NCBI GenBank assembly: GCA_963841015.1
Contig: CAWJAX010000004.1
Span: forward strand, 32,001 to 96,000
DNA: 64,000 bases
Direction: 5' to 3'
From: an uncultured Methanoregulaceae archaeon
GTDB lineage: Archaea; Halobacteriota; Methanomicrobia; Methanomicrobiales; Methanospirillaceae
Part shown: piece after piece, positions 21,031-32,688 of the stretch
How positions within the stretch are numbered: the first letter of the stretch is position 1
Layout of the letters: each line of letters opens with the position of its first letter
The notes under the pieces: model-generated
The model's database searches: none
What the model saw: the letters and a program-made list of their open reading frames with translations, nothing else
Told to the model about the DNA's origin: nothing
Position numbers and translations under genes: made by a program

Positions 21031-22680
21031 TGGATTACCTTGTACAGGTCGGCGAGACTGTTAAGAACTTTCGGGGCATCAATATAATAAGCGTGAAAGA
21101 GGGATGCAACCGATATATAATCCCTGATTCCCTGTTTTTTCATTGCCTCAAGAATGTTCTTTCGTGTGCTGATCTCGGATTCCAGCTGATCCCGGGTCCA
21201 GCCCCGTTTTTCAGCGATCTCGGCATAAACCTGGGATCGGCCGGTAAAACTGAATACATCGTGAACGGGATCATAGACAAAGACGTTATTCACCCGCAGG
21301 TTTCCGGTTGCGGGATCGATTCCGGCGATTTCGACAATTTCCTGAACGCGACGCACCCGCTCTGTCCCGCGATAGAGCAGCTCCTGGACACATACAATAT
21401 TCAATGCCTGGATCATGTTTCTTGGGACATTCAGGGGTTCACTTTCAAGACGATGAACAGACTGCATCCACATTTCCCGCATGCATGGTCGAGAACGTTG
21501 TATGCCCGGTATTCATGGCCTGGAAGAGCGTCTGCGCCTCAGGTCCTCTCACTTCACCGACAAGGATGAACTCAGGTCGCTGTCGCAATGCCGACTTTAA
21601 CAGGTCGAACATCCTGATTGCATTTCCCCCTTCAGCAGATCCATCGCGGGTCACACTTGCAATCCAGTTATCGTGGAAGAGGGTAATCTCCCGGGTGTCC
21701 TCAATGCTCACGACCTTTGCAACCGGGGGGATGAGAAGGGAGACTGCATTGAGGGAGGTTGTCTTTCCGGATGCAGTTCCGCCAACAAAGAGCAGGCTCT
21801 TGTTGTTTTCTATCGCGAGCCAGAGATACGCAAGTGACTCCGCATTGAAGGTGCCGTTTTCCATCAGCTCAACCGGAGAGTATGGATCCTCCCGGAATTT
21901 CCTGATGGTAAATGAGGTCCCCCGTGTTGTTACCTCAGAACCAAACGTGAGCTGCAGTCTTGACCCCTCGGGAAGGGTTGCATCGACCATGGGTGAGCCG
22001 GTCGAGATATGCTTTCCTGAACGCTGGGCAAGTGCAATTGCGAGCGAATTAAGGGCATCTGATTCAAATGCGATATTTGTTTTTATGTTAGCGTAAATGC
22101 GGTGATAGAGGAACAAGGGGATGTTGTTGCCATCACAGGAAATATCTTCTATCTGGGAATCTTTCATAAGGGCTTCAATACGGGACCACCCCGTGAAATT
22201 CCTGATTAAATAATACTGGATTTTAAAAAGGGACAAGGAATCAGGAGTTATTCCATAATCATCGATAAGCTCATTTACTTTTTCCAGCAGAATACGTTTG
22301 GGATCCTTTTTGATTTCATCAGAGGAAAGGATCAGAACATCCCGCAGGTCCTCATGGAGACGTTCGAGCAGCTCATATTCGAATTCAGAAAGTGCCGGTT
22401 CAGACAGCAGATACTCTTTCTGGTTGGTCTTCTTATTCAGAGCAATTACTACCAGTGAACGCCCCTTTTCAACCCAGTAGCGATCGATTTGTTCATACTC
22501 AGGAGAAATCTCAGCCTCAACAAGCGTTCCAAACCGTTCAAAATCATATTCCACCACAGGTATTTTGACTTTTTTCTTCAGGATATGAAAATAGTGGCGA
22601 TAGGTGGAATCGGGTTTTGTTGGCTCCTTTTTTTGTTCCTGGGGGGGAACCACATTTTTTCCAAAGTCAGGATCAGTCAT
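21027..22680 (-). CDS. Type IV pilus assembly ATPase (FlaI/VirB11-like; one extra base near 21461)
   Basis: EDISCDG, GGTASGKT, EDTRE, ALRQRP, VGEVRG, TGH; the C-terminal part continues HRLESEPLNVP in another frame. Confidence 0.9.
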
Positions 22681-22987
22681 GGATAATTCATCCGTTGCCT
22701 TGAGGATCGCCCTTACTTGTTAAGGTTTTGAAGGATATGAAAATGTGGACTATCTGGATAGTGCTCATCCTCCTTCCTTTTCGCTGAATCATTTTTATTC
22801 TCTCGAATAATAATTCGGGAGATCATTTTATATAATTATGCAGTATTTCAGGGAATTTCATGGCGCTTCAGAGTTTTAATATCGTTTTCCTCATCCGTTT
22901 TTTAATAATACGACAGATATCTTTATCACAAATACCTACGAGAGTCTCTTTTAAGAAGTCAAATCTATCGTTTATGAGGATATTTTT

Positions 22988-23815
22988 ATGCAGAAATTGA
23001 AGAATGTAAAAATGCCAACCGGTATCAGATCTCTTGACCCGATCCTTGGTGGAGGAGTACCTGCAGGATCCGTCATCCTTCTTCTCGGGGATCTTGGGGC
23101 AGGCAATTATGAATTCGTGTTCAGTTCCCTGGTAAATACCATAAACGCCAGGAAAGGGAGTGAACAAGAAGGTGCTGTCGCTCCCCATGAAGTGCGGTAC
23201 ATCACCTTTACCCGGTTAAAAGAAGAGGTGAAGCAGGAGATCATCAGTTCGTTTTCAATCGATGATATCCCCTCACTCGTGGACAGGATCCAGTTTGATG
23301 ATCTTTCGGAACACTATTTTGACGGCAGTATGGTTCCTGACGAATGGTATTGCAAAGGTGATACGAAAACCCGATTGCAGAAACGATCGGTTCATGAGAG
23401 TATTTTTGTCCAGATTTCACACGTGATAAATGCTGTACAACCGGACAGCCTTGTTGTTCTGGATTCTGTAACAGAAATTGCAACCCAGTGCAATACCCCG
23501 GCCCTCTGGAACAACCTGACGGGATTCCTTCGGGGGTTACAACGTGTGGCAAAGCAGAAAAACATCACCCTGTACCTGCTGCTCAGCCGGGGTATTCTTG
23601 ATTCTTCCAAAGAAAGGGAAATGGCAGATATCGCCGATGCCGTTTTGCTCTTCAAATGGGAGGAGAGCTCCGGTGCCAGGAGGCAACGTGTGATGTATTT
23701 CGAAAAATTCCGGGGAGTGATGCCCCATCTCGAAGAGCGCGATCTGGTGAAATTTGCAGTCCGTATCTCCACTTCCAGTGGATTTGAAGTGAGCAATATC
23801 CGGGTGGTCATATGA
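22988..23815 (+). CDS. RAD55/KaiC-like ATPase with degenerate Walker A
   Basis: PTGIRSLD.ILGGG, GDLGAGNY (no Lys), VVLDS, FEKFRG. Confidence 0.8.
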   Translation: MQKLKNVKMPTGIRSLDPILGGGVPAGSVILLLGDLGAGNYEFVFSSLVNTINARKGSEQEGAVAPHEVRYITFTRLKEEVKQEIISSFSIDDIPSLVDRIQFDDLSEHYFDGSMVPDEWYCKGDTKTRLQKRSVHESIFVQISHVINAVQPDSLVVLDSVTEIATQCNTPALWNNLTGFLRGLQRVAKQKNITLYLLLSRGILDSSKEREMADIADAVLLFKWEESSGARRQRVMYFEKFRGVMPHLEERDLVKFAVRISTSSGFEVSNIRVVI

Positions 23816-24510
23816 GCACTGAGAGAGTAAAAATCGGAATTGACGGGCTCGATGCAATGATGGGTGGGGGTCTCATCTCTAAAAGCATCGGTGTGATTAT
23901 CGGAACCTATGGTACGGGGAAAACAACATTCTCCCTGAATTTTATATGGGAAGGACTGGAAAAAAAGGAAAATGTCATTTATATCAGTCTTGAAGAGAGT
24001 AAAGACCGTATCCAGACCTATATGAAGCAGAAAGGCTGGGATATTGAAGATTACCTTGACAGGTCACTCCACATTCTCAAACTTGATCCCACCGATTTCA
24101 ATATCGCAAGTAACCGGATAAAAAACGAGCTTCCCCGGCTCATTGAAGAGGTGAAGGCAACACGGGTGGTGATTGATCCTATCTCTCTTTTTGAAGATCT
24201 TTTCACGAATGATGCAGAGCGCAGGCAGGAAATGTACCAGTTTGCCGAAGGGCTTCGCGATAAACAATGCACCATCGTGATGACTTCAGAAACGCACCGG
24301 GATAATATGTTTTCAAGCCGTCATGGGCTCATAGAATACCTGGCCGATACCGTGATTCTGCTCCGCTACGTCCGTCCAAGCGACCTGACAAATGTTCACC
24401 TCGCTCTCGAAGTTGTCAAGATGAGAATGTCACAACACTCCCGGGAGATTAAACCTTACGATATCCTGGAAGACAGGATTGAGGTATATTCAGAAGCAAA
24501 CGTCTTTTAA
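23812..24510 (+). CDS. KaiC-domain ATPase
   Basis: GIDGLDAMMGGG, GTYGTGKT, YISLEE, VVIDP, VVKMR. Confidence 0.9.
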   Translation: MSTERVKIGIDGLDAMMGGGLISKSIGVIIGTYGTGKTTFSLNFIWEGLEKKENVIYISLEESKDRIQTYMKQKGWDIEDYLDRSLHILKLDPTDFNIASNRIKNELPRLIEEVKATRVVIDPISLFEDLFTNDAERRQEMYQFAEGLRDKQCTIVMTSETHRDNMFSSRHGLIEYLADTVILLRYVRPSDLTNVHLALEVVKMRMSQHSREIKPYDILEDRIEVYSEANVF

Positions 24511-24592
24511 ATAAGATTCCCGAGCGTACCTGAACAAAAATCCGGAATGAGTGAGAAAATAATATTGTTTTTTGGTTTTTGCCGGTAGTTTT

Positions 24593-25138
24593 TTATTCCA
24601 TATCAATAACAGCATCAACATAGGTTGTGAGCTGCGTCATGAGCAGGGGATCCAGCCCTTTTTCTACGGCGAGAAAGACGCCCGGAGAATCCAGGAGCCG
24701 GAGCTTGCTTGTCACGAAATGGATGAACTTGGAGATATTGGTTGAGGGTATGTAAATGAGCATGGTACTAACCGAGTCGAACAGGATACAGGGTTTCTCC
24801 TTTGAAAATGCATTCAGGACTTCAGTAATCGCAATCCCGAGGTCGGTCAGGTTTGAAGGATTGTTGATAAACCGGCAATTCTTTGTCTCAGCCGGGACTT
24901 TTCCAATAGCGTATTTTGTGATCGCATCAATAAACTGGATCTTCGAAATATCAAGCATATTTTTCTCGTAGGAGGCTACAAGGGCGGAGTATGGCTGGTT
25001 TGTTGTTACGATGATAACACTGTTCTTGTTCTGTATCAAAAACCGGATGATCTCGATATTATTGAGCTTCAGATGGTCAGGAGCTGACATCACCAGGTAG
25101 AGCTTTTGTTCTCCGGACAGGTTGATGGAAAATGTCAT
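24593..25138 (-). CDS. Inactivated KaiC/RecA-like small protein
   Basis: IVTTNQP, FIDAIT, PSNLTDL, ILFDSVSTMLIY, FIHFV; no Walker A. Confidence 0.7.
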   Translation of the reverse strand: MTFSINLSGEQKLYLVMSAPDHLKLNNIEIIRFLIQNKNSVIIVTTNQPYSALVASYEKNMLDISKIQFIDAITKYAIGKVPAETKNCRFINNPSNLTDLGIAITEVLNAFSKEKPCILFDSVSTMLIYIPSTNISKFIHFVTSKLRLLDSPGVFLAVEKGLDPLLMTQLTTYVDAVIDME

Positions 25139-25151
25139 GAAAATCTCCCCC

Positions 25152-25795
25152 TCACCGTGTTAAAAATTCCCGGTAGGCATCCGGAATGTCAGAGGATCCC
25201 TCTATGACTGCTGCATTCAGAAACTGCAGGGTTTCAAGGATCTGCTCCATATTCTTGATCTGGACCTGAAGGGAGTCAAGGGTTTCCGGTGAAGCTACCC
25301 GGAATTTTTTTCCAGGGTCTCTTTGATTTCCATCAGATTCCAGAGACTCAACCGCATGGGGTTTTTCATCCTCTGGGTGTACTCGACCATAAATCCGATG
25401 AGGGTAGCATTTTTCTTTTCAATTTCCTGCTTGGAGGCTAACAGGGCCTTGCTGTATTCTTCTTTTTCTTCAGAAAGCATGGCTACCAGGATAGCAACGA
25501 GAACAAACATGGAGGCACGAACAAACGGACCCCACAGCAGTTCTCCGCTGACCATATAGGAGGTCGCAAGATGTATCGCGGCAAGAATCAGGGCAAGCCA
25601 GATCGCTTTTTTCTGGAACCAGATTCCCACAATGACAATCAGGACATAAAAAAAATGGGTGTAGCCGATATCAATATTCTGCCAGAGATGCATTACGATT
25701 TCACAGAAAACAGATACAACGATAAGGATCCCGACAATTGCTATCTTGACGTTCCTGTCAGAAACTGCCACCCCATCCTTCAAGGGAACTTGCAT
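25152..25795 (-). CDS. 4-TM membrane sensor-like protein with a His-less HisKA-like helix (frameshift near 25297-25311)
   Basis: YTHFFYV TM bundle, coiled coil, EYTQRMKNPM; another frame continues VASPETLDSLQVQ..IPDAYREFLTR-stop. Confidence 0.65.
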
Positions 25796-25976
25796 ATGTG
25801 ATTTGTTATTGCGATGACGGTAAAATGTTTCGCTTCAACGAATAATTTCAGGCCATTTGCATTGGCAACAGGAAAGAAAATGAAAAATGAGTCCTCAACA
25901 GGATAAAAAAAAGAAAGGGTAGGGTCACTATTAACCACAAAAAAAATGATTTAAGACGTGAGAAAATGAAAAAAAT

Positions 25977-26176
25977 GGCTCTGTAGAATTCCTTTTCCTT
26001 TGATATGAAATTCACGATGCCGGTACAATGAAGAAGGGGACAGGCCCTGTCCCCCCTTACTGCCCCTACGCTGAGCGATGATGAAGGTAGTACCAGTTCG
26101 GGAGTTATCGCATCGGGGTCGCCACAGCGGCGGGGGCGGAGGAAAAAGCTCAAGCCCAAAGGAGCATCACCAATGA
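25977..26176 (+). mobile_element. Dispersed ~200 bp MITE-like repeat, copy A
   Basis: GGCTCTGTAGAATTCC..ATGAAATTCA.GATGC..GGGGACAG/CTGTCCCC..TTATCGCATCGGGG, shared with four other copies. Confidence 0.8.
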
Positions 26177-26238
26177 TTTTTTTTATAAAACGTGAAGAAA
26201 TGTTAGTTGTTTGAATGTGACTATACAAAAAAAAGAAA

Positions 26239-28957
26239 TTACTCCAGAATTGTGTAGCCATTTGGCAGCGTGCCATACAGGGCGTCCGTGTTGGTCACCC
26301 GGACATCAGTCAACCCGACCACGACGGTCTCGGGAAGAGTGAACGATGTGGTGATCTGGGTGGGTGAATTCACGGTCACGGAAGGAGCGGTATAAATCAG
26401 GGTGGTTCCCCGGTATAACCTGACCCGAGCACCCGTCAGGAAATTTGTCCCGGTCACTAGTATCGGGCTGACCGTCATCCCATCCCTTCCCTGTACCGGA
26501 CTAATGGAAGTTACAGTCGGGGGTGGATTCGTGACCGTAAACCGGCCAGTGCGGGACGCCGTAGTCCCATCAGTATTGATAACCCTGACACCATACGAAC
26601 CGGCCGTGGCACCGGAGGGAATATTCAGTGTCCCGGACATACGGGTACCTGAAATAACATTTACATCGGTCATGTTGATCCTTGTGGTACCGTAATAATA
26701 ATCGACCAGTGCTCCCGGCTGGAACCCGGTGCCGGTAAGGCTGGTAATACTCACTGATGTCCCACGGACTCCCGTAGCCGGGGTGCTTGTTGAGATTGTC
26801 GGAGTGGGGCTGTTGACCGTAAAGGTCAGCGTGCCGGATGTTTTTCCATCCGGATTCATAACCTGGATATTCCATGTACCCGGGGCCGCCCCAAGAAGGT
26901 TAAAGGTGCAGGTGATTTGAGTCGGTGATAGTACCGACACTCCTGTTGCAACGATATCCGGATACCCTGTCCTCGTCATGCGCACGCCAGCTCCCGGCTG
27001 GAACCCGGTGCCGGTAAGACTGACAACCACCGGCCATCCGCGGTTACTGGAAGTAACATTCCTTGCAGTTAGGGTTGGTGCATTGCCGGTTACGATGAAC
27101 CCGTTTACCAGACTTCCGGCATCGGAATCCGGATTAGCGACAGTAACATTCCGTGAGGCAGCTGTCGCCCCGGTCAGGTCAAAGGTGCAGGTAATGCGGG
27201 TAGCTGAAACAACCACAACATTTGCAGCAATAATATCCGGCCCGGCAGAGCTGTTCACGAGACGTACTGAAGCACCCGACCTGAAGCTGGTGCCGGCAAG
27301 ATTGGTGATGTTTACGTTCCAGCCGCGAACCTGCGTGTTGGGCGTGATTGAAGTCACAGTTGGTGTCGGTGTCCTGACCCTGAACCCGGCCGGCAACATA
27401 CCAGCCTGCCCATCGGCATTGGTAACTACCACATTCCACAATCCGGGAGTGGCACCGGCTGGAAGGGAAATTGAGCAGGTGATAAGGTTGGAAGACCCCA
27501 CATTCACTCCTGATGCAATGATATCCGGATCACCGGTTTTATTGAGCCTCACCGTTGCACCACTCACAAAACCGTTACCTCCGATAGAGACAGGTACTAC
27601 CGTTGAACCCACAACGCCAGAGGAGGGGGTTATTCCACTGACAAACACACCCGCACCTTTTACCAAAAATCCGTTCGGTAATACCGCCACCCTGCCATCA
27701 GGATTGGTAACTACGACATTACGGGCACCCAGGGAGGCGCCGGCAAGGTTTACCGTGCAGCTGATCTGGTTCTGGTTCACAACCACAACACCAGATGCTA
27801 CGATATCAGGGGCCGATGAACTATTGAGAATAACCGTGGCCCCATTCTGGAAACCAGATCCGGCAATACTGGAAATCGTGATCGTGTTGCCGGTGATTCC
27901 CGAGTCCGGGCTGATATTGGTAACAAGCGGTCCGGGGGTGTTGACCATGAAACTGGTGGGAAGAATCCCTGACTGGCCATCCGTATTTATCACCGTTACA
28001 TCCCATAATCCGGGAGATGTCCCGGTGGGCAGCGTAAAGGTGCAGGTAAGATTGGTTGCGTCCAGTACCAGGTACATCTGAAGCAAAGAGATCGGGATTT
28101 CCTGTTTTCGAAAGTTTTACCGAAGATCCGGTGATAAAGTTCGTACCCGTAAGATTTCCGATACTCACTATGCTTCCACTATTTCCGGAATTTGGGGTAA
28201 TGCGAAGTACCGTTGGTGCGGGGCCGGGTGTGAGGACCGTGAAACCATTGACAAGTGTCCCCGGGGCACTCCCGGGATTGGTTACCGTCACATTCCATTG
28301 ACCAGGAAGAGCACCGTTCAGATTAACGATGCAGTTGATCCGGCTCTGTGAAACCACCAGAACATTCGTTGCAGGAATAACAGACGATCCCTGGACAAGT
28401 CGTACTGTTGCACCATTCACAAACCCGGCACCTGAAATGATCGTGGGAATTGAAGAACCGGTTATACCGATATTTGGGGTGATTCCCGTTACGGTTGCGG
28501 CTTCTCCCGGTGTGGGGATTGCAGTCGGAACGAAGGTGGGCATACCACCGGAAAAATCGGTTGAGACAAGGACGGTCTGCGATGACCCGCTTGTATAGAC
28601 TATCTGCACTTTTCCCGGCAGTGAACCAGTATAGTAATCCAGAGATTCACCGGGTGACCAGGCAGTCCAGTTCGAACCTCTGAGAGTAAAATTGGAGGTT
28701 GTATCCACCCCATCCACTAAAATAATCATTTCCTGACGTAACAGGGCATCCCCGCCGTTATGAAATATCCTGAGGGTGTCGTTGCCGTTTGAGGATATGA
28801 CAGCATCGAGTGCAGGGATCTTCTGCGGGAGAGGTTGTGACGTAAGAACAACCCCGATAAGTGCAACAGCCATCACAACAACCGATATAAGCATCACTGA
28901 TCCTATCACCTCTGATACACCAGAGTCATGACCTTTGTTCCTGTTCCGTTCTTTCAT
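26239..28957 (-). CDS. Archaeal type IV pilin with ~8 IPT/TIG repeats, ~905 aa (one extra base near 28071)
   Basis: Class III signal DSG|VSEVIG plus hydrophobic helix, HNGGD, and repeats PTVxxIxP..GxxFxxGAxVxL..WNVxVxNPDG. Confidence 0.85.
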
Positions 28958-29068
28958 CGCTGACAACATCCTCAGTTCCATTGCCCGATTACCCAGTGTT
29001 GAGAGTTTTATCTCATTAGCCTATCTGAAAGAGACTGTTCTTCAACCATCCGGAAATAAATCATGCAA

Positions 29069-29950
29069 TCACTCACTCATAATTTCAATCGCGGAAACTT
29101 TTGGATTTTCATAACCCTTGATGAAATCGATATCAAGGATACCGTCATTTACCGTAATATGGTAGGTTCCATCTGTTGCAGAGTAAAGGCCTGCCGTTGA
29201 TAACAGATAGAGATCCGTGATAACCTGATTTCCTTCCAATGCAACACTGAATATCCTCGGATTATTGGGATTAATTCCATTGTAGATCTCAGCAAATTTC
29301 AGGGTCACTTTATAGTTACCATCTGGTACAGTAAAGCGGTACTGCCCGTTCCCACCCGAAAACCAGCTTTCGGTCTGGTAGAGGGTTGGATCCATGGTAT
29401 TCGCGATAGAATTTCCTACCGAATAGGATTGCCGGTTTCCACCATATCCCCAGCCTCCGGGAATATATTGCTGGTCTGCAGACCAGAGATTATTCTTTGT
29501 ATCGGTATATGCTCCGTCTCCGCAATTCACCCTGATGCTGATTACAGGTTTGCCTAAGGAGAGGATGACCTGCGGTGAAGTTCCACTGGTGTAGACCAGC
29601 TGAAGACTGTCAGGCAAGATCTGTCCTGCCGGGACATCATATCTGAGTGTGTCCCCGGCAGACCAGCGGGACCAGGGAGTTCCATCCATATTTTTAAAAA
29701 AATTCCTCATATCGGTCCCGTTCACCAGGAAAGACACCTCTTCTTTCAGGAGTGTATCACCACCTTCATGGCGGAGCAGGATAGAATGATCGATCGTTAT
29801 GAAATCCACATCAAGTGCAGGGATCTTTTGCGGAGGGGATTTTGAGAGTATACTGACTCCTAATAGAGCCACCCCCATACCGACTACCGCAACAAGAATA
29901 ATGGCACCAAGAGCATCAGAAAGACCGCTGTCATGGTACATATTCCTCAC
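29069..29950 (-). CDS. Archaeal type IV pilin with C-terminal malectin-like domain
   Basis: DSG|LSDALG, HEGGD; VNCG..WSAD..LYQTE..YKVTLKFAEIY..RIFSV..PKVSAIEI. Confidence 0.85.
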   Translation of the reverse strand: MRNMYHDSGLSDALGAIILVAVVGMGVALLGVSILSKSPPQKIPALDVDFITIDHSILLRHEGGDTLLKEEVSFLVNGTDMRNFFKNMDGTPWSRWSAGDTLRYDVPAGQILPDSLQLVYTSGTSPQVILSLGKPVISIRVNCGDGAYTDTKNNLWSADQQYIPGGWGYGGNRQSYSVGNSIANTMDPTLYQTESWFSGGNGQYRFTVPDGNYKVTLKFAEIYNGINPNNPRIFSVALEGNQVITDLYLLSTAGLYSATDGTYHITVNDGILDIDFIKGYENPKVSAIEIMSE

Positions 29951-31452
29951 GAAATGACTCCACCGGCTCCGTGTATTGTAGTTGTGAAGGTCCCCCGTGC
30001 TGCAATCACATTGATATCGTTCCAGGTGTCAGTCACATCGTAACCATTTATGGTGATATAACTCTCGTTGCCCGCAATACCCGTGGTGAAATGTGGCACC
30101 CCTGCTACAGTAGCGGTGTAATCAAAATAATTTTTCCACATATTCCTCGACTGATTGTTGGTGGTATTGACTGCAATCGTTATCCACTTGGTGTTGGCAC
30201 TGCCGGGAGCATAGGGAAGTGTAGTGACACTATCAAGATGTGTCTTTACCTGGATTGAACTGCTCCCGCCAACGATCCCACGATTATTTGGATCAAAGGT
30301 GAGGGCATTGATATTTACGGTGACAATTTTTTTCGTGACAACGGGGTCGTTATTATAGTTGAAGGAAATCTCGGGGGGGAGTTTGTATACCGTGTTGCCA
30401 TCTGCCTGGGAGAGGAACACACCCCCGAGCTGATAATAATACGTCTGGGGGATCCAGTAATTATTCTGTCCGCGGTATTCTAAAGATCCCAGGGTAATAG
30501 GGGCTACAGTATAGTTCATTTCTGTAAAGCCATAGGTAACATTCCCGTTTCCCTTTATATGGGAGGTATAGTGAAGAGTGTCGAACTTGTCCAGGGTAGG
30601 TGAGAGGAAAAGATTGTCGGGAATTTGCAGCGATGATTTCATTCCATACGCGTCATCCATCAGATCAACTGTATACGTTCCCGGAGAAATTGTTTTGTAG
30701 ACGGTAAGATCCTGCACTGTTGGAATATTACCTTTTATAACGGTTACACTGATATCAGAACCGGTATAATTGGATGCCGGAGTTGAAACAAGGCAGTTTA
30801 CGCCACCACCCGGATTCATGCCAACAACCTGGCCCGGCGGACAGGAAGGTTGCTGCACGATACTATATGCATCATAATAGGCAAAGCGGGGGGTGAGATT
30901 CACCGTTGCAAGCCAGCCTGATCCGTTTATCTCGACTCCGTAGTAGGTGTCTTTTGAAAGGTCATTGGGGGTTATTCCGGAAATAGTGACATAGATATGT
31001 TCTGGAACATTATCAATTCCGGCAGGAAGATCTACCGCATCATTCACCGTGTTATTAAGGATAAGAGAGCGTGATGTTAACGATAATAACTCCGGCTCTT
31101 TTGTCCTGTCATTTATTGCAATTACACCGGATGAGCTCAATGGGCTCATTATCGGGATAAAACTGATTGTTCCCTGGGAATAACCTCCTGCCGTGCCAAG
31201 GGTAAACGAATTACTGACCGTTGTGCCAACTTTATTGTTATTGAAAAGTGAGTCAAGGCTGAGTTTATAGCCGACAAACTGATCTTTTACCTCATTCATA
31301 TGACCAATTTCATTCTCCCTGCCCTGTGCAGGAACGCCATAAGTCAGGTAAAGAGACGCCACAACAACGATCAAGCCAATGATCAGGACAAAACCGATCA
31401 CTTCGGATAGTCCCGATTCTCGATGGGGGTATACCTGGGAATAGTCAGTCAT
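29947..31452 (-). CDS. Large minor pilin-like protein
   Basis: ESG|LSEVIGFVLIIG, VPAQG..NE..H, NNYWIPQTYYYQLGGVFLSQ. Confidence 0.8.
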   Translation of the reverse strand: MTDYSQVYPHRESGLSEVIGFVLIIGLIVVVASLYLTYGVPAQGRENEIGHMNEVKDQFVGYKLSLDSLFNNNKVGTTVSNSFTLGTAGGYSQGTISFIPIMSPLSSSGVIAINDRTKEPELLSLTSRSLILNNTVNDAVDLPAGIDNVPEHIYVTISGITPNDLSKDTYYGVEINGSGWLATVNLTPRFAYYDAYSIVQQPSCPPGQVVGMNPGGGVNCLVSTPASNYTGSDISVTVIKGNIPTVQDLTVYKTISPGTYTVDLMDDAYGMKSSLQIPDNLFLSPTLDKFDTLHYTSHIKGNGNVTYGFTEMNYTVAPITLGSLEYRGQNNYWIPQTYYYQLGGVFLSQADGNTVYKLPPEISFNYNNDPVVTKKIVTVNINALTFDPNNRGIVGGSSSIQVKTHLDSVTTLPYAPGSANTKWITIAVNTTNNQSRNMWKNYFDYTATVAGVPHFTTGIAGNESYITINGYDVTDTWNDINVIAARGTFTTTIHGAGGVIS

Positions 31453-31695
31453 TTCTCATTGATTCGTATGGCAACGTCTCATATATATGTTGTTCGTCAG
31501 AAATCCTTGCATTTCCCGCTAAAGACCATTAAAATCATTTTTTTTAATTCACCCATCAAAAAAGCAAGGGAAGGCAGTATCCCGGGGCTACAACGCATGG
31601 TCTCCTTTGAGGTACAGAAGAGTTTTGTGCTTTGCTTACAAATAAAAAAGAACATAATTTCAGGAATTGCCTGGTATCTCAGGAAGGGGTTGTGG

Positions 31696-32688
31696 GTGTC
31701 ACTTTCAAAAGGCTGTGTTCTCTGCCATCAGGGCGCAAAGATGGTACTCTTTGTTACGGGGCGATGCCATCGCTCCTGCTGGTACTGCCCCCTTTCCCGT
31801 GAACGAAAAGGTTCCGACACCGTTTATGCAAATGAGCACCCGGTGGATATACCGTCACAGATGATTGAGGAAGCGGAGAATATGAGCGCTCTTGGTACGG
31901 GAATCACAGGAGGAGAACCACTCCTGTGCCTCGACAGGGTTATTGGATATTGCCGGCTGCTCAAGGATCATTTTGGAACTGATCACCACATACACCTGTA
32001 TACCGCAAAAGCCCCCGGCGACGACGAACTGAGAAAAATGAAAGGGTTCGTTGACGAAATCCGGCTTCATCCCCCTCATGAATGCTGGAATGACATACTC
32101 GATACTGATTACATCCGATCAGCAAAATTGGCACGGGAAATGGGATTTGATATCGGCATCGAAGTACCTGCACTTCCGGGTCTCGAAATGCTCATCCCTG
32201 CACTTCCCTGCCTTGACTTCCTCAATATCAATGAACTCGAATGGGGAGAGACTAATGCGTACGAGATGCGGGAGCGGGGGTATGAACTTGCCGATGAACT
32301 GCATAATGCAATTGAGGGAGCAAAAGGCTGGGCTGAGGAATTGTGCAGGCACGACAAGGTTCACTGGTGCTCATCTGCGTTCAAGGATTCGGTGCAGCTG
32401 CGGGAGCGGTTGAAGCGAATCGCAGAAAATACTGCCCGACCATTTGATGAAATTACACCGGACGGAACTATTGTCTATGGTGTGCTTGAACCTCCACTCC
32501 TTCAAAAAAAGAAATGCACTCAGTTCTGTGAGCAGAAATTTGATCCGGGAAGTTTTGAGGATTATAATGACCGGATAGAGATGGCATGGTGGCTGCTTGA
32601 AAAAAATATCGATGATCTGCCGGGGAAAAAATACGTTGTGGAACGCTATCCCAACGGGGGTATGGTTGTTGAGGTGACACCGCTATGA
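31696..32688 (+). CDS. Archaeal radical SAM protein (start approximate)
   Basis: GCVLC, TGRCHRSCWYCP (CxxxCxxC), TGGEP, DEIRLHP, NINELE. Confidence 0.85.
   Translation: MSLSKGCVLCHQGAKMVLFVTGRCHRSCWYCPLSRERKGSDTVYANEHPVDIPSQMIEEAENMSALGTGITGGEPLLCLDRVIGYCRLLKDHFGTDHHIHLYTAKAPGDDELRKMKGFVDEIRLHPPHECWNDILDTDYIRSAKLAREMGFDIGIEVPALPGLEMLIPALPCLDFLNINELEWGETNAYEMRERGYELADELHNAIEGAKGWAEELCRHDKVHWCSSAFKDSVQLRERLKRIAENTARPFDEITPDGTIVYGVLEPPLLQKKKCTQFCEQKFDPGSFEDYNDRIEMAWWLLEKNIDDLPGKKYVVERYPNGGMVVEVTPL

Noticed and set aside
22688-22768. 26 aa ORF upstream of the pilus ATPase, preceded by GGAAGGAGG
   Set aside because: The purine tract abuts the ATG with no spacing and the peptide has no recognisable motif.
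26978-28081. Long antisense ORFs (367 aa here; also 21308-22096, 43833-44552, 4679-5311)
   Set aside because: Shadows of well-supported genes on the opposite strand.
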